Source: Octopus bimaculoides (Eukaryota). From it: 33,816 nt of DNA. Where the stretch lies: NCBI RefSeq assembly GCF_001194135.2, contig NC_068990.1, positions 603,447 to 637,262 on the forward strand. Reading direction: 5' to 3'. Shown one piece after another: positions 31,252-33,816 of this stretch (positions are counted from its first letter, which is position 1; each line of letters opens with the position of its first letter). The translations under genes and the position numbers were made by a program. The notes beneath the pieces were generated by a model. It was not told the DNA's origin. It made no database searches and saw only the letters and a list, made by a program, of their open reading frames with translations.

Positions 31252-31600
31252 AACAAGAACACTCAGAGAGTGCAAACCTCTGTCAAGGCAACACTAACGT
31301 CCTCTCAACGATTAACTAGAGAAGATTTTTAAAATGAGAATATCTGAAATAAACTCGACTGCTCTCACAAACGAGAATACTAAAAATGAACCCGACAGCT
31401 CTCAAAAATAAATTTTAAAAAAACGGAAAAATAATCCAGAATCTTTGTCCGGTACCTGATCGATCCCAATGGTAGTCATGTGGAATGTAAAGGTGGCTGT
31501 AGAAAATTTAGTAACAGTAATAAATAGTTTATCCTTATCTAATACAAGCCGAAGTTAACTAATTCACCATTCAAAATAGTTTCAAAGGCGGAGGTAATAA
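31252..31600 (+). mobile_element. HINE/DINE-1-like non-autonomous Helentron-associated element, internally deleted
   Basis: Starts AACAAGAACACTCAGAGAG; sub-terminal ACCTCTGTC (31276-31284) is a degenerate complement of GGCGGAGGT (31587-31595); shares the CAGAATC..TTGTCCG..GATCC block with 32251. Confidence 0.55.
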
Positions 31601-31770
31601 TAAGTTTTCCTCAGGAATTTTTAAATGAATAGCATGAGACGTTTTTGTTTTCTCTTCTCTTAAATTCCGGCATTCCTTTAGTATTCCTGTTGTTTTAGAT
31701 CGATGTATAGATGTATGTACAGATGTAAGTATACAGTAAAGTGTTAATATGTATGTATAATATATATATC

Positions 31771-32004
31771 AAGGCGGCGAGCAGGCAGAATCGTTAGCAC
31801 GCCGGGCGAAATGTTTAGCGGTATTTAGTCTGCCGTTATGTTCTGAGTTCAAATTCCGCCGAGGTCGACTTTGCCTTTCATCCTTTCGGAGTCGATTAAA
31901 TAAGTACCAGTTACGCACTGGAGTCGATGTATTCGACTTAATCCTTTTGTCTGTTCCTGTTTGTCCCCTCTATGTTTAGCCCCCTGTGGGCAATAAAGAA
32001 ATAA
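31771..32004 (+). mobile_element. SINE family B, near-intact reference copy
   Basis: AAGGCGGCGAGCAGGCAGAATCGTTAGC (A-box-like), GAGTTCAAATTCC (B box), GAGGTCGACTTTGCCTTTCATCCTTTCGGAGTCGAT central domain, AATAAAGAAATA tail. Confidence 0.92.
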
Positions 32005-32250
32005 ATATATAATATGTATATTATAAAAATATTTTAGTGTTATTTAATTTCTGAACGGTTTTGCTGCCGTTTATTTATATAGTTTGATTTCTTTATCCAT
32101 CAATTTCTACTAAGATAGAGACGTGAGTAAATTTAACAATAGAGAAACGAAAATAAAACTTTGGAAACAGCCTAAAGGGAGATAATTGAGAAAGACTTGT
32201 AAGTCAACGTAAGATCGTAATCATGTAAAGTAAAGTAAATATAACACATA

Positions 32251-32443
32251 ATTCAGAATCCTTGTCCGATACCGGATGGATCCTCAAATCTAATCAGTTC
32301 TTGCCAGAGATGAAACCAAACATCCCTGAAAGTTTCATCCGAATCCATAAAGGAAATCTTGAGATATCTTGTCCACGAACAAACATAAAAACAAGCAGAC
32401 ACGACTGAAAACAATACCTCCGCCTTCGCTAAGGTAGTGATAG
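32251..32443 (+). mobile_element. HINE-like element, 3' half
   Basis: AAAGTTTCATCCGAATCC..ACAAACA..GAAAACAATACCTCCGCCTTCGCTAAGG, a decayed terminal hairpin. Confidence 0.6.
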
Positions 32444-32494
32444 AAGAACAAGGAAACCCCTATAAATTCATAAACTCTTAGCTAACCCTTTCGA

Positions 32495-32692
32495 TTTTTT
32501 GGTGCAAGGCCAGTGATTTTGAAGGGAGGGAAAAAGTGGTTTACATTCAACCCAATGTTCGGCTGATACTTATTTTATCAGCCCCGAAAGAATAAGAGGC
32601 AAAGTGGTATTTGTACTCAAAACGTAAAGCCGAAAGAAATGCTGCTAAGTATTTTGTCCGGCGTGCTAACGATTCTGCCAGTTCACCGCCGT
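32495..32692 (-). mobile_element. SINE family B
   Basis: TACTTATTTTATCAGCCCCGAAAG..GCTAAGTATTTTGTCCGGCGTGCTAACGATTCTGCCAGTTCACCGCC. Confidence 0.85.
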
Positions 32693-33714
32693 AAATTCTG
32701 ATATAATTAATATAATTAATATAATTAATACCGCCTGTTCAATGGGAAATAAAGAATTGGATGATTTTTGTTGACGGTAAATTGAAATGATCACCAACAT
32801 TGTAAACGATGAAAGTAAGTCTGATGCTGCTAACTGAAATCAATGCTTACTACAGAAACTGTATATGATGGACGACAAATAGCAATGAATCTGGAAATTA
32901 ATTTCATTAATAATGGTCCTTAGATGGAATGTAGTTGGAAGTTATAAAGAGAAATATGGCAAACTATAGAGACATAAGAAAATCATTACATTGATTTGTA
33001 AAAGAGAAATGTTACAGTCTGAAATTATGAATTTCATAAGACAACGGGTTATGCGACAGACGTAAAGAAAGAAACAACTAATTTAATAACTTTAAGTGGA
33101 AGCAAACGCCAAGAAAATAAACATACAAAGACTATGTATAAAAGGCGGCTGCATGGTCGTATTTTTTTTTATCTTCGTTTCAATAAATCATTGTTAAAAT
33201 TTTGTTTGTATATTTTTATTAATAACATTCGAAAAAAAAAACGCATCAACGTCGACTTTCTCGATTTTCGTTTGGACGGCAAATTACGTAACCAACTCAC
33301 CGTGTAATACCGAGTGATAACTATGTATGTATTTATGTATGTATATGTACCTGTATCTGTGTGAGTGTACTCACACACACACACACACACACACAAACAT
33401 GTATATGAAGTTCTCCTCTTGTTGAACGAATATGACAAGTAACTAACTATCAATTTGACCATAAAACTTAAAAGGCGGCCCACATAGTTCTTTCTATAAT
33501 ATTAAGTAAGTATAAATCCTTTTCTATTAAAGAAAAACAAGAAAACAAGCAAAAAACAACCGAGATAATTCTCATTGTCAAATGACTAAGAGCTCAATTC
33601 ATCCACTAACTTATTTTATGACATTCGTTTAAAGGAAAAAAAATTCTCTGACGTATTTTGAAAGTTTTTATGGCAGCAGCAATAAATACTTGATTAGTTA
33701 CAAATTGAAGTAAC

Positions 33715-33715
33715 T

Positions 33716-33753
<38 letters not shown>

Positions 33754-33778
33754 TTCTCTTTCTCTCTCTTTCTCTCCT

Positions 33779-33816
<38 letters not shown>
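33715..33816. repeat. (CT)n pyrimidine microsatellite
   Basis: Direct inspection. Confidence 0.95.

Overview
Eukaryotic, repeat-saturated draft-assembly window with 8 N-gaps (about 2 kb in total) and dense (CA)n/(TA)n/(GA)n/(ATAC)n/(AAT)n/(CAT)n microsatellites. The tRNA-derived SINE families and the simple-repeat load match, from recall rather than a search, an octopus (coleoid cephalopod) genome. I find no intact host gene; almost all long ORFs in the track are microsatellite or N translations. Recognisable decayed transposons: three R4/Dong-type RLE LINE 3' fragments, an internally deleted RTE LINE that keeps its 5' end, a CR1-clade RT fragment, a Penelope-like RT/GIY-YIG fragment, a Helitron Rep fragment, a FLYWCH/MULE fragment, two mariners, one DD37D/maT-like Tc1-mariner, two HINE/Helentron-like non-autonomous elements, two fold-back MITEs and over 25 SINE-like copies from about 6 families. 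The most interesting signal is three unrelated short elements that each carry a hammerhead-ribozyme-like core. The best sits in a 358-nt unit bounded by exact 19-bp direct repeats and inside an imperfect inverted repeat (12851-13227). A second is fused downstream of a tRNA-like head (647-935), and a third is at 30447-30482. Together they suggest ribozyme-bearing non-autonomous Penelope or retrozyme-like families. A possible 171-nt minus-strand exon or unknown TE ORF lies at 5900-6070.
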